Below, piece by piece: positions 1 through 8,599 of a stretch of DNA of 64,000 nucleotides (positions within the stretch are counted from its first letter, which is position 1; every line of letters begins with the position of its first letter). The notes below the pieces were generated by a model. That model had not been told where the DNA came from. It saw nothing but the letters and a program-made list of their open reading frames with translations, and did not search any database. Made by a program: the position numbers and the translations under genes. The DNA is from Deltaproteobacteria bacterium. GTDB lineage: Bacteria; CALINM01. The stretch lies in contig JBBIPZ010000011.1 in NCBI GenBank assembly GCA_037442505.1, forward strand, positions 1,500-65,499, written 5' to 3'.

Positions 1-1641
1 CACAATGTCCGACATGTCTGCAAGTTCTGTGAGGATTGTATCAATAACCACGCTGTAGATCTTTCTGTAGCCTTCTATCTGTCTTTTTACATCGGATGTG
101 CTGAATGGCCTGTTTGTACCATAAGACATCATGAATTCAGGCTCGTATTGCAATCCGTATGCCTTTGGATCAGCAAGTGTAAGGGCAACCTGCTGTGCTA
201 CATTGTGGGTTCCATGTGGGAAATAGACACTTTCCTGAAGATCTACCCTCTTTGGAGGATATTCGCACTTTGATGGCTCCATGTATTTTGGATTTTTATA
301 AACATCATGCAGATGCATGCCACCCACTGCGTCAAAGGCACCTACAAGCATGAGTACGATCTGTCTTGCCCTGTTATTCTGCACACCATATTCATGAGCA
401 CTCATACCACGGAAGGTATGTATCGCTACAGGACGGTATCTCAGAACCTTACCCTCTTTTACAACAGTTGCGCCAATCTGGGCGTGTTCACCAAACTCCT
501 TTGCTATCCTTTTAATCGTCCCAGCAGGCACACCCGTAACTTCCTCTGCATACTGAGGAGTTATATCTTTTATTGATTCTTTAAACACCTCAAAGGCTGT
601 CTTACAGGGCTTGCCATTAACAGTATAACTGCCTGAAATGGCTGGTTCGACATCTCCTTCGTATGGTCTGGCTGAATTTGATTTTTTATCCCAGATTAAG
701 GGCTTGCCGTCCTTTCTTACAAACTTTCCATCCTCGCCAACAAGCATGGGTGCATTGGTATAGGTAATGAGGAATTTTTCATCTACCTGATTATTCTTTA
801 TCAGCTCATTTGCCATGGCAAGGAGGAATACCGCATCTGTGGCAGGCCTTATTGGAATCCATTCGTTTGCCTTTGCTGCTGTATTTGAAAGCCTCGGCTC
901 AACCACAACATATTTCATTCCCCTTTCAATATTCTCAATAATCTTTCTGTCAAGCCACCTTGCCCATTGCTCTGCCTCCATCGGATTTGCACCCATGTTT
1001 ATGAAGTAATTACAATTGTCCACATCAGGCAGGAATGCATGATTACCCCAGGTTATCTCATCAGAGACATGTCTTGCAGCCTCACAAACGGTTGTCCTGT
1101 GGACTACATTGGGGGTGCCAAAAGCCTTACAAAATGCCTTTGGGAAATGGTCGCGCATTAGATATTTGCCATGACCATGCTGCCATACAAACTTGCTCGG
1201 ATTTTCAGCCTTGATCTTTTTAAGCCTCTTAACAATCTCATCAAAGGCCTCTTCGTAACTGATCTCGACCCATTTTGGGTCCTCTCCGGGACCTTTTTTA
1301 GCATTCGTTCTCTTAAGGGGCCTCTTTACCCTGTAAGGATTATAGGTGTCAAAGAGACCTGAAACACCTTTCGGACAGAGATGACCTGCATTCTGAGGAT
1401 TTTCAGGATTGCCGTAAATAGCCCTTATTACACCGTTAACCCTCCTCACCCTTATACCGCAGAAGTTTACGCACATCGTATCTGTGGACGGAATCAGGAC
1501 ATCCTCCTTCGGTGCAAAGGGAATCTTGCTCATGGATTCCTTTGCCATTACATCCGAGAGATTAAAAAACGTTTCTCCCATTGCTGCAAGCGCAGCAACT
1601 GCAGCTGAATTTTTCAAAAACTGTCTCCGGCTTATTGCCAT
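1..1641 (-). CDS. Tat-exported molybdopterin (Mo/W-bisPGD, DMSO reductase family) oxidoreductase catalytic subunit, Cys-ligated Psr/Arr/Sre/Soe-like lineage; 3' end truncated by window edge (547 codons visible)
   Basis: Not in the ORF track. Manually translated stop-free frame from ATG at 1641 (SD GGAGG at 1649-1653) to position 1. MAISRRQFLK twin-arginine signal; PSTDTMCVNFCG...x27...HLCPKG Fe-S motif; RTNAKKGPGEDPKWVEISYEEA; GTPNVVHRTTVC (Mo-ligand position); EPRLSNTAAKANEWIPIRPATD; EEVTGVPAGTIKRIAKEF; IDTILTELADMSDIV. The short plus-strand ORFs listed over 307-1608 are antisense shadows. Confidence 0.95.
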   Translation of the reverse strand, partial: MAISRRQFLKNSAAVAALAAMGETFFNLSDVMAKESMSKIPFAPKEDVLIPSTDTMCVNFCGIRVRRVNGVIRAIYGNPENPQNAGHLCPKGVSGLFDTYNPYRVKRPLKRTNAKKGPGEDPKWVEISYEEAFDEIVKRLKKIKAENPSKFVWQHGHGKYLMRDHFPKAFCKAFGTPNVVHRTTVCEAARHVSDEITWGNHAFLPDVDNCNYFINMGANPMEAEQWARWLDRKIIENIERGMKYVVVEPRLSNTAAKANEWIPIRPATDAVFLLAMANELIKNNQVDEKFLITYTNAPMLVGEDGKFVRKDGKPLIWDKKSNSARPYEGDVEPAISGSYTVNGKPCKTAFEVFKESIKDITPQYAEEVTGVPAGTIKRIAKEFGEHAQIGATVVKEGKVLRYRPVAIHTFRGMSAHEYGVQNNRARQIVLMLVGAFDAVGGMHLHDVYKNPKYMEPSKCEYPPKRVDLQESVYFPHGTHNVAQQVALTLADPKAYGLQYEPEFMMSYGTNRPFSTSDVKRQIEGYRKIYSVVIDTILTELADMSDIV

Positions 1642-1786
1642 CTTAACACCTCCTTAAACTTAAAAATATCTTTCTACAACTGGCAGCTTAAGTTCAACAT
1701 AATACATAAGATTTTGACATAAAAAAATAAATCTCCTCTCACTTCCTATGCGCATACATTTACCCAATTAGAATTATTGTTTTACA

Positions 1787-1801
1787 ACAACTTTCATGCC
1801 A
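1787..1801 (-). promoter_or_regulatory. Putative sigma54 (-24/-12) promoter for the molybdoenzyme gene
   Basis: Minus strand TGGCATGAAAGTTGT: GG-N10-GT, one mismatch (-12 C to T) from TGGCAC-N5-TTGC; ends about 145 nt upstream of the ATG. Confidence 0.55.
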
Positions 1802-1843
1802 ACATATAAATCTATGATTTTAAAGCCTTCTACAACATGGCTA

Positions 1844-1861
1844 TGTTACAAAAAAGAAACA
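1844..1861. promoter_or_regulatory. Imperfect palindrome TGTTAC-N6-GAAACA (candidate activator site, proximal)
   Basis: One mismatch from the perfect copy at 1934-1951, with the same 6-nt spacer. Confidence 0.45.
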
Positions 1862-1933
1862 GTAAGTTGCAAGATAAAAATACAAAACTATGAAAATTCA
1901 AAAAAATTTTTATACATTCAGGATAGAGATATT

Positions 1934-1951
1934 TGTTACATTTAAGTAACA
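1934..1951. promoter_or_regulatory. Perfect palindrome TGTTAC-N6-GTAACA (candidate upstream activator site)
   Basis: TGTTACATTTAAGTAACA read directly, 90 bp from the second copy, upstream of the putative sigma54 promoter. Confidence 0.55.
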
Positions 1952-2577
1952 TAAAGGGTTATTATCCTCTTATTTTTTTGCAACAGCTGAAAAATATTTC
2001 AGAATTTTCTCAAGACTTTCCTTCAACTTTATTAGTAATTAACGGCGTCTTATCTGAATGCCTTAAGGATTGAAAGTTTTTATATGTAAAAATCCATAAA
2101 AATACTGTTTTAAAACACAATACACATCTTAATGTCAATCTTTGCGCTATCTTTCGCTGCTAAAAATGGAAGACTGATATTTTCTCCATCCTTTTTATCA
2201 TCTAATTTTACACCTACATCTTTTTTTATAATGTTGTGATGGTGCTTGTGCTGTACTATTTACTTATAAAAAAGTTGTGGCTTCTACCTTGTAAGATTCA
2301 CACTCTAATATTAAATGCTTGATTTTTGACCACTGCTTCTACTGCTTAACATCTGTTAAGTAACAACTCATTTGTTCCACCTATTGCATTGCCCTTGCGG
2401 TATTTGTGATATACGAATATCGGCAACTATTTATTTTAATCATGAAAGAATGGGATGGTACCTTAACCCATTTCTATGTTTTTATTTTATTATTTAAGCA
2501 GTTTGATTATATTTCACAAATCATCAAACAAGAAGAGATTTTTTTGAAAGTCCATCTCTAATATTTGCCAGTAAAAG

Positions 2578-3912
2578 CTATTCAATTCCATACTCTTTAA
2601 TTTTGTAATGAATAGAACGAGGGCTAATTTCAAGAAGCTTTGCAGCTTTTAGTCTATTACCATTTGTAAGAGTAAGAGCCTTTTTTATGTAATCTCGTTC
2701 TACATCTTCAATAACCTTTTTTAGAGAGAGGATTGAAGAATCAACCTTTTCTGAATTGATATTTTCTCTTATAAACATATAATCTGGCAAATCATCAATA
2801 TCAATTAGATTATCATTGGAGAATATCAAGATGCGGTCAATTACATTTCTAAGCTCTCTAAAATTACCAAACCATGGATAATTTAGTAACACAGATAATG
2901 CGTCTTTTGATATCTCTTTCTTTACCTTATTTAATCTCAGGTTGACATAAGCAACTATGTCTTCCTTCCTTTCTCTCAAAGGTGGTATATGAATTGGAAT
3001 GACGTTAAGTCTGTAATAAAGATCATTTCTAAACCTGCCTTCATCTACAAGTGCTTTTAAATCTTTATTTGTAGCGGATATTATTCTAACATCTACCTTG
3101 ATTGTTTTAACATCACCAACAGGTCTAATCTCTCCATCTTCAAGAAATCTTAAAAGTTTACTCTGTAACGACTCACTCATCTCAGATATCTCATCCAGAA
3201 AACACGTACCACCATCTGCATATTCGAAAAGTCCCCTTTTTGGTTTAGTTGCATCGGTGAAAGCACCCCTCGCATACCCAAAAACTTCGCTTTCTAATAG
3301 ATTTTCTGGAATCGCCGCACAGTTAATTGCTACAAAAGGTTTAGATGCACGATGACTTTTCTGATGCAGAAGATGTGCAATAACTTCTTTTCCCACACCA
3401 CTCTCTCCTGTTATAAGCACAGGTTGCCTGTATGGAGCCACCTTTTCGACAGCCGCTATAACATTCTTAATTGCTGAACTTTCGAAAATAGTATTATCCA
3501 TTAACATTTGATTTGACTGCCATTTAAGCAATGTATTTTCTTTAATAAGACGTTGTCTTTCTTCAGCCTTTTTGATGGCAATTATAACTTCGTCTGTTTT
3601 GAAAGGTTTAGATATATAGTCGTAAGCACCTCTACGTATGACTTCTACGGCAGTTTCAACAGAACCAAAAGACGTCATCATGATGATTGTCAAGGAAAGT
3701 TCAAGTTTTTTAACCTCGTCTAAAAATACGAAACCATCCATTTCCGGCATTTTAATATCACAAAGCAAAATATCAAAAAGCTCATTTTTAACCTTCTCCA
3801 GACCAATAGCACCATTTTCAGCCATATCAACATCATAACCAGCTTTTTCAAGAACCTTTTTTAACATCTGTCTGATGCTTAATTCATCATCTATAACCAA
3901 TATTTTAGCCAA
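2578..3912 (-). CDS. Sigma54-dependent response regulator (REC-AAA+-HTH; AtoC/ZraR/PilR-like)
   Basis: N-terminal receiver (VIDDE, LLCDIKMP, DYISKPF), Walker A GESGVGKE, GAFTDA, LDEI, RFRNDLYYRLNV, C-terminal GNRLKAAKLLEISPRSIHYKIK. Confidence 0.93.
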   Translation of the reverse strand: MAKILVIDDELSIRQMLKKVLEKAGYDVDMAENGAIGLEKVKNELFDILLCDIKMPEMDGFVFLDEVKKLELSLTIIMMTSFGSVETAVEVIRRGAYDYISKPFKTDEVIIAIKKAEERQRLIKENTLLKWQSNQMLMDNTIFESSAIKNVIAAVEKVAPYRQPVLITGESGVGKEVIAHLLHQKSHRASKPFVAINCAAIPENLLESEVFGYARGAFTDATKPKRGLFEYADGGTCFLDEISEMSESLQSKLLRFLEDGEIRPVGDVKTIKVDVRIISATNKDLKALVDEGRFRNDLYYRLNVIPIHIPPLRERKEDIVAYVNLRLNKVKKEISKDALSVLLNYPWFGNFRELRNVIDRILIFSNDNLIDIDDLPDYMFIRENINSEKVDSSILSLKKVIEDVERDYIKKALTLTNGNRLKAAKLLEISPRSIHYKIKEYGIE

Positions 3913-5326
3913 TTTGCTCCTCCAGACCTTTTAAGAAAATTTTAAATATTGCCCCTTTATCGCTATTCTCAAATTGTATCTTCCCGCCATGCCTTTCAAC
4001 AAGTGTAAGGACTACACTTAAACCAAGTCCTGTGCCTTTGCCAGGTGGTTTGGTTGTAAAAAAAGGTTCAAATATCTTGTCTTTGATCTCATCCGGAACT
4101 CCTCCACCTTCATCTGAAATCGTAATTATAAGCATATCGCCTTCTAATTTCGAAGAAATCGTGATACTTCCGCCTTCAGGAGTAACATCAATTGCGTTAA
4201 TAAGTAAATTGAGAAACACCTGCTTAAGTGCCTCGCCGTTAAAATTAACTGGCATACTTTCTTTAAAATCATTAATAAGTTTAATCTTTTTAAAGTCCTT
4301 CTGCGGTGTCAAAAGTCTAATTGTTTCATCAAGTATATCGCGTGGGTTGCAGATTTCCAAAATATCGTCTTTATGGTTTCTTGCAAAGTTAAGCAGGTCT
4401 CTAATAATACGATTTATTCTTTCAGTCTCATCAAGTATGAGCTTCAATATATTTTTGTCTTCTTCATCTTTAGCATTGTCAATCATAAAAGAAAGATACC
4501 CAATTATACTTGTTAGTGGATTGCCAATTTCATGCGCTAATCCTGCCGCCAAACGACCAACTGTAGCCATTTTTTCAGAAAAAACAATTTCTTCCTGCGC
4601 AGTTTTAAGAGCTTCGTTAGTTTTTGAAAGTTTTTCTATCGTATTTTTCAGATCATTTCTATAATTTTCTAAATAGTCGCTCATTTGATTAAAGTGAGAA
4701 TACAATACATCCCATTCCTCTATATTAATGTATGAAAGTTTTTCACCAAAATTTCCACTTCCTACTTTTAAATGAGCATTTTTCAATAATTCAAATGGTG
4801 TGAAAAGCCTTTTTTTGTAGATAAAATAGGCAAAGGCTGTCAATGTTAATAGGCAAACTGCCCCAAAAGGCAAAAAAATCAAAATATCTTTTTTAATCAT
4901 CTTTTTTTCTACATCAAAATCTCTTTTTATAACTAAAAACAGAGGTTTTCCTTTTATATATACAGTTTGATAAACTGTAATCGAGGGGAAAAACAAATTA
5001 TTACCGACTATAGTGTCAGCCACTCCCAGCTTAATTTTTTCTTTATCAATTAAATTAACGCCAGATATAAGCTCTTTCGTAACAGGATCATATAATCCAT
5101 ACGAAACTCCAACAGGCAGAAATAATAGAATTTGCTCAATTTTATCAGGATTGTATTTTTCTGCATCGTAAAAGATTTTTTGCAAATATACGGTTTCTAA
5201 TTCAACCTGCCTCTTTATTGATATTTTAAATGTAGCAAAAGATGTGATAAATATGGCAAGAAACGATAACAAAAAAACACCAATTATTAGTTCTGTTTTT
5301 ATATTGCCAGTATAATTTTTTGCCAT
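3905..5326 (-). CDS. Membrane sensor histidine kinase (2 TM, HAMP, HisKA, HATPase), cognate of the downstream regulator
   Basis: Two hydrophobic segments; H-box LAHEIGNPL; N-box LNLLINAIDV; DEGGGV; FFTTKPPGKGTGLGL; overlaps the start of the regulator. Confidence 0.93.
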   Translation of the reverse strand: MAKNYTGNIKTELIIGVFLLSFLAIFITSFATFKISIKRQVELETVYLQKIFYDAEKYNPDKIEQILLFLPVGVSYGLYDPVTKELISGVNLIDKEKIKLGVADTIVGNNLFFPSITVYQTVYIKGKPLFLVIKRDFDVEKKMIKKDILIFLPFGAVCLLTLTAFAYFIYKKRLFTPFELLKNAHLKVGSGNFGEKLSYINIEEWDVLYSHFNQMSDYLENYRNDLKNTIEKLSKTNEALKTAQEEIVFSEKMATVGRLAAGLAHEIGNPLTSIIGYLSFMIDNAKDEEDKNILKLILDETERINRIIRDLLNFARNHKDDILEICNPRDILDETIRLLTPQKDFKKIKLINDFKESMPVNFNGEALKQVFLNLLINAIDVTPEGGSITISSKLEGDMLIITISDEGGGVPDEIKDKIFEPFFTTKPPGKGTGLGLSVVLTLVERHGGKIQFENSDKGAIFKIFLKGLEEQIG

Positions 5327-5384
5327 AAAATAATCCTAAAAATCTTAGGTTTATCAAATATTTTATACTAAAAAAGCAGAAAAA

Positions 5385-5393
5385 TGATATAAT
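5385..5393 (+). promoter_or_regulatory. Extended -10 promoter (TGnTATAAT) for clpS-clpA-aat
   Basis: TGATATAAT at 5385-5393, followed 6 nt later by the clpS ATG at 5400; no SD. Confidence 0.6.
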
Positions 5394-5399
5394 ATAATT

Positions 5400-5705
5400 A
5401 TGGATTTTTATGAATTAGTAGAAAAAAGCCAAAAAGAATCTGTTAAAACAAAAAAGCCTGATCTTTATAACGTTTTTCTTCTAAATGATGATTATACTAC
5501 TATGGATTTTGTAGTGGACATACTTATGTCTATTTTTCATAAAAATCAGATGGAAGCCACCAAAATAATGCTTCATGTTCATAATAACGGAAAGGGTTTA
5601 GCAGGAACATATATTAAAGATATTGCTGAAAGTAAGGTTAAAACTGTCCACAAACTCGCAAGAAAAAATGGTTTTCCATTAAGATGCAGTATCGAAAAAG
5701 AGTAA
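5400..5705 (+). CDS. clpS: ATP-dependent Clp protease adaptor ClpS
   Basis: YNVFLLNDDYTTMDFVV, HNNGKGLAG, FPLRCSIE; directly upstream of clpA. Confidence 0.96.
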   Translation: MDFYELVEKSQKESVKTKKPDLYNVFLLNDDYTTMDFVVDILMSIFHKNQMEATKIMLHVHNNGKGLAGTYIKDIAESKVKTVHKLARKNGFPLRCSIEKE

Positions 5706-5712
5706 CAAAATT

Positions 5713-7977
5713 ATGATAAATAAAGATCTCGAAATTATTATTGACGCAACTTTAAGAGAAGCAAAATTAGAGGGGCATGAGTATGCAACTGTTGAGCACA
5801 TACTTTATGCTGTTCTCCACGATGATTATGGTTCAGAGATTATCTTTCAATGTAAAGGTAACGTTGAACAAATGAAATCTGATTTAAAAGAGTTCTTTGC
5901 GGAATATATACCTCATGTTAAAGAAATAAGTGATTCAATGCCAATACTCTCATCTGGCTTTCAACGTGTTATTCAAACAGCAATAAGAAACGTACAGGCA
6001 GCTGGAAAAAAAGAAGTGGATGCTGGCGATTTGTTAAATGCAATATATTCTGAAACCGATTCTTATGCCTTAAATATTTTAAAAGCTCAAGGTATAACAA
6101 AGCTGGACATATTAAGATACATTTCTCACGGTATATCTAAAATACGTAATGATTATACTGATTATACATCTCACCAACATACTGAACATCAAAACAGACC
6201 CAAAAAAGAATTTACAAAAGATCCGCTTTCACAATTTAGTGTAGAATTAGTTGAATTAGCCTCAAAAGGCAAAATTTCTCCTGTAATTGGAAGAGAGTTA
6301 GAAATTGAGACTGCAATACACGTATTGTCAAGACGTAGAAAGAATAACGTTGTTTTTGTTGGAGAGCCAGGTGTTGGCAAAACCGCAATTGTAGAAGGGC
6401 TAGCTTTAAAAATATCAAAGGGAGACGTACCTGAAATTTTAAAAAATACAAAAATTTATTCGTTAGATTTAGGAGCGATGCTTGCTGGCACTCAATTTAG
6501 AGGTGATTTTGAAGCTCGTCTAAAAGGCACAGTTCAGGCATTATCCAGAATCCCTAATGCAATAGTATTTATCGATGAGATACACACGCTTGTTGGTGCT
6601 GGAGCATCGTCAGGCGGCTCTATGGATGCATCAAACATTTTAAAACCTTATCTAAATAGCGGTCAACTACATTGTATAGGCGCAACCACTTACGAAGAAT
6701 ATAAAAAGTTCTTTGATAAGGATCGTGCACTTTCAAGACGTTTCCAGAAGATTGACGTTTTAGAGCCTACGGTTGAAGAGACTTATAAAATCTTGTCTGG
6801 TCTGAAAAAATATTATGAAGAGTTTCACGGTGTCACATATACTGATAAAGCTTTACGTTTAGCAGTGGAACTATCTGCAAAATATATTAATGATAGACAT
6901 TTACCAGACAAGGCAATAGATATCATTGACGAAGTTGGTGCAAAGGTTAAGCTTTCCAACAGAGTGAATAAGGTTGTAAAGTCTAAAGATATTGAAAATA
7001 TAGTATCGAAGATTGCAAGAATACCAGTAAAAACTGTCTCTACAACCGAAACCAACAAACTGGTAAATTTAGAAGAAGAGCTTAAAAACGTTATATTTGG
7101 ACAGGATGAAGCTGTTAGGTCTGTTGTGCAAGCGATCAAACGCTCACGCGCAGGATTGGGCAACCAGAGCAGTCCAATAGGCTCATTTCTTTTTGTCGGT
7201 CCAACGGGCGTGGGTAAAACTGAACTTGCAAAACAGCTGGCAAACCTTTTAGGGATACATTTTTTGCGTTTTGATATGAGTGAATATATGGAAAAACATA
7301 CTGTTTCACGATTAATTGGTGCACCACCCGGCTATATTGGTTTTGATCAGGGTGGTTTACTTACTGACGAAATAAGAAAGTTTCCTCACACAGTTTTATT
7401 ATTAGACGAGATTGAGAAGGCACATCCAGACGTGTTCAATATACTGCTTCAGGTGATGGATTATGCCACATTAACAGATAATAACGGTAAAAAGGCTGAT
7501 TTCAGGAATGTTATTTTGATTATGACATCAAATGCCGGTGCAAAAGAAATGGAGAATACTACTATCGGTTTTGGCAACAGAATAGAAGAGCATAAGAAAG
7601 AAGGTCTTACTAATATTCAAAAACTTTTTTCACCAGAATTTAGAAACCGCTTAGATGCAATCATCACATTTAATCACTTGAACGAAAAAATATTGTTAGA
7701 GATTGTTGATAAATTTATCAACGAAATCAGGTTACAACTTGCTGATAAAAAGATTGATATTTATATCTCAGACGACGCTAAAAAATATCTGGCTTTAAAA
7801 GGCTATGATAAACGTTACGGTGCAAGACCGCTCAGACGTCTTATTGAAGCCGAAATAACCAACAAACTAACAGACGAAATACTTTTTGGAACACTCAAAA
7901 AAGGCGGTTCAGTAACAATCAATCTTGTAGAAAATAAGTTAAAGCTCCAATTCAATGGTAGTATTTTTAAAAACTAA
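5713..7977 (+). CDS. clpA: ATP-dependent Clp protease ATP-binding subunit ClpA
   Basis: N-domain HEYATVEHIL; two AAA+ modules (GEPGVGKT, GPTGVGKT); FDMSEYMEKHTVSRLIGAPPGY; IGF loop; 754 aa with no ClpB-type middle domain. Confidence 0.96.
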   Translation: MINKDLEIIIDATLREAKLEGHEYATVEHILYAVLHDDYGSEIIFQCKGNVEQMKSDLKEFFAEYIPHVKEISDSMPILSSGFQRVIQTAIRNVQAAGKKEVDAGDLLNAIYSETDSYALNILKAQGITKLDILRYISHGISKIRNDYTDYTSHQHTEHQNRPKKEFTKDPLSQFSVELVELASKGKISPVIGRELEIETAIHVLSRRRKNNVVFVGEPGVGKTAIVEGLALKISKGDVPEILKNTKIYSLDLGAMLAGTQFRGDFEARLKGTVQALSRIPNAIVFIDEIHTLVGAGASSGGSMDASNILKPYLNSGQLHCIGATTYEEYKKFFDKDRALSRRFQKIDVLEPTVEETYKILSGLKKYYEEFHGVTYTDKALRLAVELSAKYINDRHLPDKAIDIIDEVGAKVKLSNRVNKVVKSKDIENIVSKIARIPVKTVSTTETNKLVNLEEELKNVIFGQDEAVRSVVQAIKRSRAGLGNQSSPIGSFLFVGPTGVGKTELAKQLANLLGIHFLRFDMSEYMEKHTVSRLIGAPPGYIGFDQGGLLTDEIRKFPHTVLLLDEIEKAHPDVFNILLQVMDYATLTDNNGKKADFRNVILIMTSNAGAKEMENTTIGFGNRIEEHKKEGLTNIQKLFSPEFRNRLDAIITFNHLNEKILLEIVDKFINEIRLQLADKKIDIYISDDAKKYLALKGYDKRYGARPLRRLIEAEITNKLTDEILFGTLKKGGSVTINLVENKLKLQFNGSIFKN

Positions 7978-8599
7978 CGAGCCTTTCCCTGATCCGCGAT
8001 TTGCACCTGATTTTAGTCCACTTGCTTTTGGTTGTGATTTAAGCGTCGAAAGACTGTTAGCTGCCTATAAGAATGGAATTTTTCCCTGGTTTGCTGAAGG
8101 TGAGCCAATAATGTGGTGGTCACCCAATCCAAGATGTGTCATTTTTAAAGAAGATTTCTACATCACGAAAAGGTTAAAAAGAAAAATAAGAAACAGTAAA
8201 ATCAAAGTTACTTTTAACAAGGCATTCAAAGATGTAATTCAAAATTGTTCCAAAGTCCATACCATTAATAAAGGTGGCACATGGATTACTCAATCAATGA
8301 TAGATGCTTACATCAAACTATTTGATGCAGGATACTGCATTTCTGCAGAAAGCTGGCTTGATGATAAACTTGTTGGCGGTGTTTACGGAGTTTATGTTAA
8401 CAATGTATTTTCTGGGGAATCAATGTTTACAGTTGTAAATGATGCTTCAAAAATAGCATTTGCAACATTAGCGATAAACCTATTCGATAACGGATGCAAA
8501 CTTATCGATTGTCAGACACCTTCCGAACATATGTTTAACTTTGGAGCAAAGTTAATTCCAAGAGTTCTATTTCTTAATCTGTTGAAGAATGACTATTAA
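7955..8599 (+). CDS. aat: Leucyl/phenylalanyl-tRNA--protein transferase
   Basis: AYKNGIFPWF, WWSPNPR, GTWIT, SAESW, FSGESMF, ASKIAF, LIDCQ; canonical position after clpSA. Confidence 0.95.
   Translation: MVVFLKTNEPFPDPRFAPDFSPLAFGCDLSVERLLAAYKNGIFPWFAEGEPIMWWSPNPRCVIFKEDFYITKRLKRKIRNSKIKVTFNKAFKDVIQNCSKVHTINKGGTWITQSMIDAYIKLFDAGYCISAESWLDDKLVGGVYGVYVNNVFSGESMFTVVNDASKIAFATLAINLFDNGCKLIDCQTPSEHMFNFGAKLIPRVLFLNLLKNDY

Noticed and set aside
307-1608. Five short plus-strand ORFs in the supplied track
   Set aside because: They are antisense shadows of the uninterrupted minus-strand molybdoenzyme gene. The same applies to the many short track ORFs that overlap housekeeping genes elsewhere in the window.
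1642-1786. Possible Moco/Wco riboswitch in the molybdoenzyme 5' leader
   Set aside because: The leader is AT-rich with no recognisable stems or conserved core. An Rfam scan would settle it.
2110-2330. Minus-strand protein-like fragments (e.g. KDVGVKLDDKKDGENISLPFLAAKDSAKIDIK) suggesting a pseudogene remnant
   Set aside because: No start or SD, frames are broken by stops, and I cannot assign a family. tBLASTx/BLASTx would be needed.
2490-2520. Rex-like (TTGTGAA) and FNR-like (TTGAT) half-sites
   Set aside because: Only one half of each palindrome matches, which is expected by chance in AT-rich DNA.
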